64,000 nucleotides of DNA from a bacterium (GTDB taxonomy: Bacteria; SAR324; NAC60-12): the NCBI GenBank assembly GCA_965209155.1, contig OZ242383.1, forward strand, positions 1,728,001-1,792,000, written 5' to 3'. Shown in pieces: positions 46,714 to 56,446 of this stretch (the stretch's first letter is position 1; every line of letters starts with the position of its first letter). The notes beneath the pieces are model-generated. The model worked only from the letters and a program-made list of their open reading frames with translations, had not been told where the DNA came from and ran no database searches. The translations under genes and the position numbers were made by a program.

Positions 46714-49422
46714 ATGTACGATTTATCGGTTAATTATATCAATGAAAATATTGCGGATTCAGACATTATCTTCCAAAGGGGAATCCATATATACGAAGCG
46801 GGGGCGTATTATTGCACCACCTTTGATCCGGATATGGGGAATTTTGCTTATGAAGTCGATGGGAACTACGGGGATTATGCCACTCGGATCAATTTTAAGC
46901 AGGACGCCTGGGAAGTCCAGTGTGATTGTCCTTATCCCGGTAATGGCTGCAAACATGCCGTAGGGATGTTGTTGGACCTGAAAGACAAATTGGAAGAATG
47001 GACCGATGTAAAAGTAGTGGAAGACGAGGAAGCAATCGAAGCAGAGAAGCCGTTGCTTTCACGGGAAGAACTCAAGAAACAGGTCATGGAAGATCGCAAA
47101 AAACGGGCGGTCTCCGAAAATTTAAAACTGATCCGGGGAGATACCTTCAAAGGAGAACATTTGGTAGAAACGGAACGGGGAAAACAATACAGCATCACGC
47201 TGCATGATCCAATCTCCGGAACAGGCCATTGCAGTTGTCCTGATTTTTTGACAAGCCAATTGGAGGTCTGTAAGCACCTTTTCTTTTGTGTGGAAGAACT
47301 TAAAAAGGAGGAAAAGTTTGAGCAACAAGTGGCTAAAGAAGCGTTTCCTTTTCTCGATATTTACTGGGATTCCATTTCCGGTAAACCCCGGTTTTTTTGT
47401 GAAAGAAAAGAAGCATCCTTCCTGGAATTGCGGGAAAGCCTCTCTGAGTGTTTTGATGAGCAGGGGCAGTTCATTCCTGAAGACCTTTCTCGCCTTTTCC
47501 CCCACACCTCCCAATTGAGAGACAATAAACTGGTGCGCATCCAGGAACCGGTTCTGGAACATCTGGAGCATATTCTCGAAGAGCAGCAGCTTCAGGAAAT
47601 TCAGGCGGGTGGTTTTCCCTCCACCGACATGATTAAGACCAAACTCTATCCTTATCAGGAAGAGGGGATCCGGTTTGGGGTTTTTAAGAAAGCCGTCCTC
47701 ATTGGCGATGAGATGGGACTGGGAAAAACACTGCAGGCCATTGCCTTGGGGATTTTAAAAAAAGAAATCTTCGGATTCAAAAAAATCCTGGTTGTCACCC
47801 TGGCCTCCTTGAAGGAACAGTGGAATCGAGAGATTGAAAAGTTTTCTGATGAAAAAGCCATGATTATCGAGGGATCTGCTCAGAAACGGAAGGAGATCTA
47901 CATGAATACCAGTCACCTCTTCAAGATCACCAATTATGAGGCGGTTTTGAGAGATGTGACCATCCTTTCGATCTATAAACCGGATTTGGTGATCCTGGAT
48001 GAAGCCCAGCGCATCAAAAATTTTAACACCAAAACCGCTGATGCGGTCAAAGGTATTCCCCGAAAACAGGCTCTTGTGCTGACCGGGACGCCTTTGGAAA
48101 ATAAACTGGAAGATGTCTATTCCATCGTCCAGTTTTTAGACCCGCATCTCCTGGGGCCATTTTGGATTTTTACTGCAGAGCATTTCATGCTCAGCCAAGA
48201 TAAAAAAGGAAAAATCCTGGGCTATCGCAACTTGGAGTTACTGGCGCAAAAACTGAAACCTTTGGTGATTCGAAGAAAAAAAGAAGAGGTTCTGAAGGAT
48301 CTTCCCCAGGAGTTGGTCAATAATTACTATTTGGAATTGACTCACGAACAGGCAAACATTCACAGTGGCTACCTCCAATTACTGTTACCCCTGTTGAATA
48401 AAAAGTTCCTCACTCCTATGGATGTGAGACGCATTCAGGAATTGATGGTCAAAATGAGGATGGTTTGTGACTCCACCTACCTGATTGATCGGGAAACCAA
48501 CATTTCTCCAAAACTAAAAGAACTGGAAGGGATTTTAGAGGAATTGGTTCTCCAGAATAATAGAAAAGTGGTGATTTTCAGTGAATGGACCACCATGACC
48601 TTTTTGATTGCCAAACATTTATCCAAAGTCGGCATTTCCTTTGTGGAGCTGACCGGCAAAGTGCCTGTCAAAAAACGGCATGCCTTGATTGATGAATTCA
48701 CCAATAATCCGGACTGCCGGGTCTTTCTGTCAACCGATGCCGGAGGAACCGGATTGAATCTGCAGGCAGGAGATTGTGTGATCAATTTTGAGTTGCCCTG
48801 GAATCCGGCCAAAATGAATCAACGGATTGGGCGGGTCAATCGGATCGGACAAACCAGTAAATGTATCAATGTGGTCAATTTTATTTCAAAAGGCAGTATT
48901 GAAGAAAAAATACTGACCGGCATCCAATTGAAAACCGATTTGTTCAAAGGCGTTTTTGAAGGCGGTGCCGATCAAGTGGAGTTTTCACGAGAAAAGAAGC
49001 AGGAAATGCTGAACCAGCTGCGGAACATGATGGGAGAAGAACCTCTGTCCCCCGCCTATGAATCGATGCCCTCCGAAGAAATCCCTGAAGATGCGCCGGG
49101 GTTTCTCAACCCTCAAGCCCTGCAGGAGGAGGTGACAGAAACCGAACCAGCCATCCCGGAGGCAGAAACCGTGGGGATTTCGGAAGAAAAGATTCTTGAA
49201 CAGCCGGAAGCCGTCGGTGAGCCGGAACCGGCCAATATCTTTGCCAATCAGCCTGTTGAGAAGGTCGAAAGTGTTTTAAACAATGGGTTGCAGTTTTTAG
49301 GAGGCCTGATGGAAATGGCAACAGGGAAGAAACTGGAATCCGTTGATGAGGATCAAAAAATGATCCAAATTGACCGAGGCAGCGGTGAAGTGACCATGAA
49401 GTTCAAACTTCCAGGGTTTTAA
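46714..49422 (+). CDS. SNF2-family helicase/ATPase with two SWIM zinc fingers and an acidic tail
   Basis: CDCPYPGNGCKH, CSCPDF...CKH; GDEMGLGKT, LDEAQRIKN, LTGTPLEN, GGTGLNLQ, QRIGRVNRIGQ. Confidence 0.93.
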   Translation: MYDLSVNYINENIADSDIIFQRGIHIYEAGAYYCTTFDPDMGNFAYEVDGNYGDYATRINFKQDAWEVQCDCPYPGNGCKHAVGMLLDLKDKLEEWTDVKVVEDEEAIEAEKPLLSREELKKQVMEDRKKRAVSENLKLIRGDTFKGEHLVETERGKQYSITLHDPISGTGHCSCPDFLTSQLEVCKHLFFCVEELKKEEKFEQQVAKEAFPFLDIYWDSISGKPRFFCERKEASFLELRESLSECFDEQGQFIPEDLSRLFPHTSQLRDNKLVRIQEPVLEHLEHILEEQQLQEIQAGGFPSTDMIKTKLYPYQEEGIRFGVFKKAVLIGDEMGLGKTLQAIALGILKKEIFGFKKILVVTLASLKEQWNREIEKFSDEKAMIIEGSAQKRKEIYMNTSHLFKITNYEAVLRDVTILSIYKPDLVILDEAQRIKNFNTKTADAVKGIPRKQALVLTGTPLENKLEDVYSIVQFLDPHLLGPFWIFTAEHFMLSQDKKGKILGYRNLELLAQKLKPLVIRRKKEEVLKDLPQELVNNYYLELTHEQANIHSGYLQLLLPLLNKKFLTPMDVRRIQELMVKMRMVCDSTYLIDRETNISPKLKELEGILEELVLQNNRKVVIFSEWTTMTFLIAKHLSKVGISFVELTGKVPVKKRHALIDEFTNNPDCRVFLSTDAGGTGLNLQAGDCVINFELPWNPAKMNQRIGRVNRIGQTSKCINVVNFISKGSIEEKILTGIQLKTDLFKGVFEGGADQVEFSREKKQEMLNQLRNMMGEEPLSPAYESMPSEEIPEDAPGFLNPQALQEEVTETEPAIPEAETVGISEEKILEQPEAVGEPEPANIFANQPVEKVESVLNNGLQFLGGLMEMATGKKLESVDEDQKMIQIDRGSGEVTMKFKLPGF

Positions 49423-49876
49423 ATATTGCTGATCAACATATTTCAGCCACGCCATCCGACCAACACGCTTTTCTTCATCCAATCCCAGCGTCAAAAACAA
49501 GATATGAAAAAGAATAATAAAAACAACTCTTGAACGTATCTGATTCAAAAACTGTCCGAACCACTGTCGTAAATAGTTTAAAATTTGGTGAGGAAAACCA
49601 AAATTATCAAGAGATTCAACACGACTCGACAAAAAGAGCACTTTATGGAGGAACACCGCGATACCTTTCTTTTCTAAAAATTAAATTTTATTTTACATTT
49701 TTATTTTTAAATTGAAATCTCAGGATTCCTAATTTTGTAACAGACCCTCAGGTGAGCAATTCACAGAGAAGCGCGAGCGCAAATTCAATAGCAGTTTCTT
49801 GTCTTGAGATCATTTCTATGCTAAAGATAAAAAATCCAGTCTGTCTGAAATATAATTCAATTTATCAGGAGGAGAG

Positions 49877-50113
49877 ATGTTTCGACAATGGCAATTGCAG
49901 GACGCAAAAAATCGATTTAGTGAAGTGGTCAAAAAGGCAATACAAGAGGGTCCACAGGTTGTCACTAAAAGAGGAAAAGCAGCAGTAGTTGTCGTTTCAA
50001 TGGATGAATATCGGAAGCTCACAACCCCAGCAAACAGTTTGGTTGAATTTTTTCATAATTCTCCTTTGTATGATCTTGAACTGGAGCTGGAAAGAGATAG
50101 GGGAGTAAATTGA
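49877..50113 (+). CDS. Phd/YefM-family antitoxin, no toxin downstream
   Basis: WQLQDAKNRFSEVV..A..EGPQVVTKRGK..VVVVS; RBS AGGAGGAG. Confidence 0.9.
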   Translation: MFRQWQLQDAKNRFSEVVKKAIQEGPQVVTKRGKAAVVVVSMDEYRKLTTPANSLVEFFHNSPLYDLELELERDRGVN

Positions 50114-50138
50114 ACTCATCTTAAAAAGGAGAAAAAGC

Positions 50139-50543
50139 ATGTTGGATTTTGTTGGACTGAATTGGTGGGCTATTATTGTAGCCACATTAGCCGCTTTTGC
50201 GCTCGGCTGGTTGTGGTATGGACCACTTTTCGGCAAAAAGTGGCTTGAAGCATTGGGCAAGACGCAAGAAGAGTTGAACCCATCGCCGCAACCCTTCGTT
50301 ATCAGTTTCTTTGCAGCTCTGTTGACCTGCATCGTACTGGCGGCGCTGATGAAAAGTTTGGGAATGACGACGTTGACGAGTGGTTTGTTAATCGGTGCGA
50401 TCACGGGTATCGGTTTCATCGCCACTTCGATGGCATCCGACAGCGCCTTTTGTGGTTGGGGCATGCCGCTGTTTTGGATTCAGGCCGGATACCGGGTTGT
50501 CTATAATATACTTATGGGCGCTATCTTGGGCGCCTGGCAATAG
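50139..50543 (+). CDS. DUF1761-family membrane protein
   Basis: NWWAIIVA...LGWLWYGPLFGKKW; four hydrophobic segments. Confidence 0.85.
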   Translation: MLDFVGLNWWAIIVATLAAFALGWLWYGPLFGKKWLEALGKTQEELNPSPQPFVISFFAALLTCIVLAALMKSLGMTTLTSGLLIGAITGIGFIATSMASDSAFCGWGMPLFWIQAGYRVVYNILMGAILGAWQ

Positions 50544-50605
50544 CCGACCGTCTTGGATTGCGGTTGAATTGACAAATTAATATTGGACACTCAGAGAGAC
50601 GCCCG

Positions 50606-51607
50606 ATGATTGACCTTTATCGTATTTTTGGATCCGAACTCTCACCCTATTCGGTCAAGGTTCGTTCTTACTGCCGCTATAAAGACATCCCCTACAATTG
50701 GATAATTCGCAATGCTGCCGTGAAGGACGAATATAGTAGATATGCCAGGATCCCACTCATTCCTTTGGTCGTTACCCCCCAGGATAAGGGTATTCAGGAC
50801 TCGACTCCGATAATCGAGTATCTCGAGACTGAATATCCCAAGCCTTCCATTCACCCTCGTGATCCGGTTTCCGGATTTGTTTCGGCCATGATCGAAGAAT
50901 TTGGTGACGAATGGGGTAATAAATGGATGTTTCATTACCGTTGGGCCCGTGAAATCGACCGACTTTGCTCTGCAGGTCGTATCGCTCGCGCGATGGCGCC
51001 TGAGGCAGACGATGAGGAACACGCCGCATTGGTCACACGGGTTAAAGAACGCATGATCAATCGAGTCTGGTTCGTAGGTTCCAATGAGCAGACCGCCCCT
51101 CAGATTGAAGAATCATTTTGCGAGGCGATCGATCTACTCGAGACCCACCTCAGCAGCAGAGCCTATCTCTTTGGAGGCCGGCCCTCTTTTGGTGATTTTG
51201 GTCTCTGGGGACAAATCTATTGCGCCTGGTCCGATCCGACTCCAGGGGCCTTGGTGGAGGGACGCGCCCCTTGCGTATTGGCTTGGATCCATCGTATGCT
51301 ATGGCCGCGAGATGTAAGCGATTTCGAACCTTGGTCGAGTCTACAATCAACGCTTTTGCCGTTTCTTGAAAAACAGGTCGGCGCTCGTTTTTTTCCATGG
51401 ACGCTGGCCAATGAAAAAGCGATTGCCGAAGGCAGGGAGGAATTCCGCGTCGAATTGAATGGCCAGACCTGGATTCAGAAGCCCCAGAAATATCATGCGA
51501 AATCCCTCCGTGCTCTACGCGACAAATATTCGGCAGTGGTCGACAAAAGTGAGTTGAATCCTATTTTGGAGCAATCCAATTGCCTGTCCGGCTTGCAAGG
51601 TTTTTAG
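50606..51607 (+). CDS. Glutathione S-transferase family protein
   Basis: SPYSVKVRSY, LIPLV, QDSTPII, YLFGGRPSFGDF. Confidence 0.85.
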   Translation: MIDLYRIFGSELSPYSVKVRSYCRYKDIPYNWIIRNAAVKDEYSRYARIPLIPLVVTPQDKGIQDSTPIIEYLETEYPKPSIHPRDPVSGFVSAMIEEFGDEWGNKWMFHYRWAREIDRLCSAGRIARAMAPEADDEEHAALVTRVKERMINRVWFVGSNEQTAPQIEESFCEAIDLLETHLSSRAYLFGGRPSFGDFGLWGQIYCAWSDPTPGALVEGRAPCVLAWIHRMLWPRDVSDFEPWSSLQSTLLPFLEKQVGARFFPWTLANEKAIAEGREEFRVELNGQTWIQKPQKYHAKSLRALRDKYSAVVDKSELNPILEQSNCLSGLQGF

Positions 51608-51653
51608 GAAATACGAATCGTACATCTTCAAAGCTTTTCAATTGAGTTTAAAC

Positions 51654-51673
51654 GTAACTATTCAGGTATCTTC
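51654..51673. repeat. IS66-type end, 20-bp direct repeat copy 1
   Basis: GTAACTATTCAGGTATCTTC, identical to 52335-52354. Confidence 0.8.
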
Positions 51674-51898
51674 CGAGAACCCATCGATCCCCTCCATCAC
51701 ATTTTGGAGAAAACTCATTTGAGCAGGATTACCTAGTTCACGAACCAAAAGAGAGCAGGTTTCTGCGATGACAGGCCAGGTGGTAATGAGGGGGGCGGGA
51801 AATTCTTCTGATTTCCGGAGGGCTTGCTGATGAAACGCATCCCTGGCATTGGCAAGCGCAAGCCAATATCCGGTATCAGCGATGATTGTATTTCTCAC
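51662..51898 (-). pseudogene. PIN/VapC toxin, 3'-truncated
   Basis: IIADTGYWLAL...DAFH...LITTWPVIAET; ends at the IS66-type end. Confidence 0.8.
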
Positions 51899-52136
51899 TT
51901 AATCCTTCCTCCAGATATAGTTTATAGTTTTTGGAGAGATCTTCAGGCCCCGTGCCACAACTCACAAAACCATTTTGTCTCATCCTATCAATAGGCCGCT
52001 CTTTTCCTGCACTCACTTCTAGGTAGTACAAATCCAGAGCCTGCTTGATAATCCTTGTGAGCGACTCTTGAGTCACCTCTTTGAGATATTCCACTTTTTC
52101 CGACATTTCTGCATCAAGTCTTGCATTCAAACGCAT
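51876..52136 (-). CDS. CopG/RHH-like antitoxin
   Basis: MRLNARLD...GFVSCGTGPEDLSKNYK; overlaps the PIN start; RBS AGGAG. Confidence 0.75.
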   Translation of the reverse strand: MRLNARLDAEMSEKVEYLKEVTQESLTRIIKQALDLYYLEVSAGKERPIDRMRQNGFVSCGTGPEDLSKNYKLYLEEGLSEKYNHR

Positions 52137-52334
52137 CCTTCTCCTTTCATCTGAGTGTTTGACAAAGCGTATGACAATCAAAAAATAAACACAAGTTGAA
52201 ATCCCCTCTCAAATCAAAAATAATCGCATTTTTATCTTGACCTTCCTGATTGAGGGGAGGGAAATCCGCTCACCTTCACTGAGGGAAGAAGGAAAAGATG
52301 AAGAGGAGGGAGTGCCCACCAGGTTTCATGGGCG

Positions 52335-52354
52335 GTAACTATTCAGGTATCTTC
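52335..52354. repeat. IS66-type end, 20-bp direct repeat copy 2
   Basis: GTAACTATTCAGGTATCTTC. Confidence 0.8.
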
Positions 52355-52534
52355 TTTTAATAAAGGTCTGAAGAATCTCATTGCCTTTTGCGAGAGTAAT
52401 TTCTTTTGTCTCAATCAGATTAAGCAGGACACCGAAGCTACCAGACGTGGAAACTCGTCTTTGCAAAGCCACCTTGCGAGCGTTTTTATCATCTGTGCGA
52501 AGTTAGAAAGAACCGTATTATCAATCAAAATCAT
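52347..52534 (-). pseudogene. DUF3368-like PIN toxin, internally deleted and truncated
   Basis: MILIDNTVLSNFA joined out of frame to TDDKNARKVA...SGSFGVL. Confidence 0.75.
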
Positions 52535-52827
52535 CGAAATCTTTCCCGGATCACTCTGGCGGCTTCTTTCTCAGCGATAATCGCTTCTTTGGAGTCAGCC
52601 GCCCCTCTGACAGGGATGCCACTTTCTAAGAACTCCTTGCGTAGCTCAAGGGGATAGACTTCTAACAGTTCCGCCGCTTTACCTAAGCTGATTTCCTCAT
52701 TAATATAAGCTCCTACTACCAGGTCTTTCCACAATTCTTGATCCTTCTTCAAAACTTTATTAAGCGTTTCATTAAAGGATTGAGGATTGATCTGCTGGAG
52801 GCGTTCCAATTGATGGAGTTGCCACAT
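52531..52827 (-). CDS. UPF0175-family antitoxin
   Basis: AYINEEISLGKAAELL......R..F...GIP. Confidence 0.8.
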   Translation of the reverse strand: MWQLHQLERLQQINPQSFNETLNKVLKKDQELWKDLVVGAYINEEISLGKAAELLEVYPLELRKEFLESGIPVRGAADSKEAIIAEKEAARVIRERFR

Positions 52828-53035
52828 AATACTTTTTTGTCTAAAGAGTGCATTCGAGTGAATTAGTTAAGATATGCTCAATATATCAGATTGATAGAAG
52901 AGAGCAAAGAGGAGCTGGGGCTTTTTATTGAGAGTAGCGAGGAGAGCTTTTTGATTTAGAGCGTTTTTTCCGTGCCAAAGTGCCCTTCCCTTTTTGCAAA
53001 CGATGATCATTTCGAGTACATAGAAGTCGAAAGCA

Positions 53036-54196
53036 TTATTTGGATTTTGTAAACATATTGGAGGAGTGAGAATGACAGAATTCTTGAATGTGAAGGGCAG
53101 TCCGTCGATAGGCGCCCGGTTTTCCGAGTTGAGTCCGGATTGAAGCGAATTCCTGTCGCATTTGCCTTGTGAAGGAATGATCTTGCAACAAGCGTATTGT
53201 TTCTCGCGCAAGGTTGGCAGCGGTCAGATTATTTTGCAACAACTCGGGAACAATCAAACGTTGGGCTAAAATATTGACCATACCGATATAGGGAACCCGG
53301 GACATCCGTTTGGCCAACCAGAATGTGAGGGGAGCGAGTTTATAAATGATCACGAAGGGTGTGAGCGCCAGACTGCTTTGTAAAGTGGCAGTTCCGGAAG
53401 CCACAATCGCAGCATTCACGCTATGAATGCATTCCAAAAAAGCTCCATGAAACGCGGTCACTGTTACAGGACTTCGCTGCAACAGTTTCCTGACCCAACC
53501 CAACTCGATACTTTCCGCAACCGGCATGAGGTACTGTGCCTGAATGCCCTCTCTCCGGATCAACAAGAGGGCTTCCAGCACGACAGGCAAGTGATTCCTG
53601 ATCTCACTGGGACGACTGCCAATTGCCAAGGCGATTGATGGAATGGTCTCATCCGGGATATATTTATTTTTGAAATCGGCAAGCTGACCGACAGAAACCC
53701 TGTCTTCCAAGCGGGGATGACCAACCAGGTCGACTTCAATCCTCGCCTTGCGATAAATTTCTTCCTCGAAGGGAAACAAAACAAACATTTTGTCCACAAC
53801 TTTTTTGATTTGTCGAAGACGTTTTGCACGCCAGGCCCAGACCTGTGGACTACTGAACCAGAGTACCGGGATTTTCTGTTGTTTGACCTGCGCAGCCAGC
53901 CGGAGATTGAATCCCGGGTAATCAATCAGTAAAGCCAGATCGGGTTGTTCCTCATTAAGCGTGTTACGCATGTGCCAGAGGATTTTATAAAGCCGGGGCA
54001 GGTGTGGCACGATCTCCAGTAAACCATGAACTTCGAGTGAATCCAGCGTATAAATGGCCTGCAATCCCCTTTGCAACATCAGTGGGCCTCCGATACCATA
54101 AACCTTCAATTGCGGCGTAATTTTTTGCAATTCCGCGATCAGAGAAGCGCCATGGGCATCGCCGGATGCTTCTCCTGCCACCATTAGAATTTTCAT
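53036..54196 (-). CDS. lpxB: Lipid-A-disaccharide synthase
   Basis: VAGEASGDAHG, IDYPGFN, SPQVWAWR, FPFE, VGHP, GSRPSE, ASGTATL. Confidence 0.96.
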   Translation of the reverse strand: MKILMVAGEASGDAHGASLIAELQKITPQLKVYGIGGPLMLQRGLQAIYTLDSLEVHGLLEIVPHLPRLYKILWHMRNTLNEEQPDLALLIDYPGFNLRLAAQVKQQKIPVLWFSSPQVWAWRAKRLRQIKKVVDKMFVLFPFEEEIYRKARIEVDLVGHPRLEDRVSVGQLADFKNKYIPDETIPSIALAIGSRPSEIRNHLPVVLEALLLIRREGIQAQYLMPVAESIELGWVRKLLQRSPVTVTAFHGAFLECIHSVNAAIVASGTATLQSSLALTPFVIIYKLAPLTFWLAKRMSRVPYIGMVNILAQRLIVPELLQNNLTAANLARETIRLLQDHSFTRQMRQEFASIRTQLGKPGAYRRTALHIQEFCHSHSSNMFTKSK

Positions 54197-54293
54197 CGAT
54201 CTTGCCCGGTGTGAAAATCACGAGGATTTGAAATCTCAGGGTTTACTGATTTATTTCCGCTCCTCGATCTCATCACAGTCAAATGTGGAGAGA

Positions 54294-54743
54294 TTATTCT
54301 TTCTCTAACAAATAAGTCACCGGACCATCGTTGGTCAACTCGACCTGCATCGTTGCTTGAAACTGCCCGCTTTGTACATTCAGTCCCTGCTGGCGAATAT
54401 GCTCAATAAAACGCAGGTAAAGTTCTTCCGCCTGTTCCGGTGGTGCGGCTTTAGCAAAATCGGGACGCCTTCCTTTACGGCAGTCCCCATACAACGTGAA
54501 TTGAGAGACTACGAGAACCTCGCCTCCAATGTCTCTCACGTTTTGATCATTTATTCGCCCCTGTGGACTTTCAAATATTCGTAGATTGATACATTTTTCG
54601 GCGAGATAGCGAGTCTCGGACTCCCTGTCTGTTTGAGTGACTGCGACAAACAACAATAGCCCCTGTCCGATCTGTCCGATTATTTTTTTGTCTGCCAGAA
54701 CCCGTGCTTCTCGAACACGTTGAACCAATACTCGCATTGGCAT
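54294..54743 (-). CDS. dtd: D-aminoacyl-tRNA deacylase
   Basis: MRVLVQRV, NLRIF, VSQFTL, KGRRP.F, NDGPVT. Confidence 0.96.
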   Translation of the reverse strand: MPMRVLVQRVREARVLADKKIIGQIGQGLLLFVAVTQTDRESETRYLAEKCINLRIFESPQGRINDQNVRDIGGEVLVVSQFTLYGDCRKGRRPDFAKAAPPEQAEELYLRFIEHIRQQGLNVQSGQFQATMQVELTNDGPVTYLLEKE

Positions 54744-54744
54744 T

Positions 54745-55197
54745 CTATTCGTCGTTTGTTGACTTGTGCCAATGGCGATGCTTGTGTTTGTTCGCCTTTT
54801 GCTGGGCCCATGTCTGAAAGGATTCCAGCATTGCTTCCCCTAAATCCTGTATATCAAAAGTGCCTTTACGCCACAAATCCCGAAAAGTTTTGGGATCAAA
54901 ATCAGGGCCACAAACGCTTTTCCAATCTGCAGGTTGTTTTACTTCGTCCCGGTAGTAAGCGGCCAGTTGGCGGCAGGCGATAGCTGCCACTTTCAGTGAA
55001 CAGCCTTCTGGTAAAGGCTCAAAAATTGTGGAAACCGTTGAGTCCAGTTCATTCAGTCTTGTTAAAATACGGTTGTATTGCGTCACGCAATACTCAGCTG
55101 CTTCATTATCACTTTCCGCCCAATCGGACTGCGCAGCAACCCGCGCCGTATGACGAAGCACGTTCACCAATTTGGTCAATTCTTGTTCTTTTTCCAT
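54745..55197 (-). CDS. Hypothetical helical protein
   Basis: 150-aa ORF with RBS (AAGGAAG), tightly coupled to dtd. Confidence 0.7.
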   Translation of the reverse strand: MEKEQELTKLVNVLRHTARVAAQSDWAESDNEAAEYCVTQYNRILTRLNELDSTVSTIFEPLPEGCSLKVAAIACRQLAAYYRDEVKQPADWKSVCGPDFDPKTFRDLWRKGTFDIQDLGEAMLESFQTWAQQKANKHKHRHWHKSTNDE

Positions 55198-55306
55198 GGA
55201 AATCTTCCTTTCTCAAATCATTCAGTTGATCACGAACTAACTGCATTCCGCGAAAAATGCGCTACTTGACGTTGGAGAGTGAAACGCTCGAGAAGGCCTT
55301 ATGCTA

Positions 55307-56446
55307 TTAAGAAGGAGTCCGGGTTGATTGTGGACGGGGGCGTTGAGCCAGGCGGACCCTGACGGTTCTTTCCCGCTCTCCACGAATGAACTGGATTTCA
55401 ACTTCCTCATCCAACTGATACGATTCGATGGTATCGGCCAATTCTTCAAGTGTCTCTACTGTTTTGTTATCTATGGCAACGATGATGTCTCCTCCCCAGG
55501 GAATTACGTAATTTCTGACACGAACGCGACGTGTTGCTCCTCTCAGCCCGGCGGTTTCTGCTGGTGAGTTCGGGATTGTATTAACGATCAGCATCCCTTT
55601 TTCAATATTCACTCCCAGGGAACGTAAACGGTGGGTTTCCAGGGTTTCCACCCCCAACCAGGGTCGTCGCACATAGCCATGAGCGATTAAATCAGGCAAC
55701 ACCTTTTTGATCGTATTGCTGGGAACCGCAAAACCAATGCCAACACTGCCGCTTGATCCGATTATTGCCGTATTGATCCCAATCACTTCTCCTATGGAGT
55801 TTAAGAGTGGTCCTCCCGAATTCCCGGGATTGATGGCCGCATCGGATTGAATCACCCGGTCGATTTTCCTGCCGTTGCGAGTTTGTATCGTTCGCCCCAA
55901 TGCGCTGATTATTCCAGTGGTCAACGTTTGAGTTAAGCCAAAAGGATTGCCCAGCGCAAGCACTTTCTGTCCTACAAGCAATTGGGAAGAATCTCCCAAT
56001 TCCAGAATGGACAAATCCTCAGGGGGGTTATTGATCTTAACAAGGGCTAAATCATTATTTGGATCCGTTCCTGAGACTTCGGCCTCCAATTGGGTGTTGT
56101 CAGCAAGAGTGACGGTCAATTCCCGAGCGTTTTCAACCACGTGGAAATTCGTCAGGACGAAGCCACGTGGATCCACAATAAAACCGGATCCTGCACCGGC
56201 CGCAGGTTGAGTTCTGTAGAAAAAATCATATTGCATCGTAATACTGGTGATGTTGACGACGGCAGGTCCTTTCGATTTGTAAATATCAATGTTCTGCTGT
56301 TCGTCTGACCTGTAGATGACGATCTGTTGGGGTTCTGCTTCCGTGATTTCTTTTGCGCCGAAAGGATATATCCAGAGCACTGCCAATACGATCAAACCCA
56401 GCAACATGCTCCAGAAAGCATAACGCGCAAATACTTTCAACGTCAT
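55307..56446 (-). CDS. HtrA/DegP-family serine protease with one PDZ domain
   Basis: N-terminal TM segment, GSGFI, LTNFHV, DLAL, DAAINPGNSGGPL, RPWLG, SPAETAGL. Confidence 0.93.
   Translation of the reverse strand: MTLKVFARYAFWSMLLGLIVLAVLWIYPFGAKEITEAEPQQIVIYRSDEQQNIDIYKSKGPAVVNITSITMQYDFFYRTQPAAGAGSGFIVDPRGFVLTNFHVVENARELTVTLADNTQLEAEVSGTDPNNDLALVKINNPPEDLSILELGDSSQLLVGQKVLALGNPFGLTQTLTTGIISALGRTIQTRNGRKIDRVIQSDAAINPGNSGGPLLNSIGEVIGINTAIIGSSGSVGIGFAVPSNTIKKVLPDLIAHGYVRRPWLGVETLETHRLRSLGVNIEKGMLIVNTIPNSPAETAGLRGATRRVRVRNYVIPWGGDIIVAIDNKTVETLEELADTIESYQLDEEVEIQFIRGERERTVRVRLAQRPRPQSTRTPS

Noticed and set aside
43536..52860. Integron cassette array (many small genes and TA pairs)
   Set aside because: There is no integrase, no recurring RYYYAAC...GTTRRRY attC structure was found, and gene orientations are mixed.
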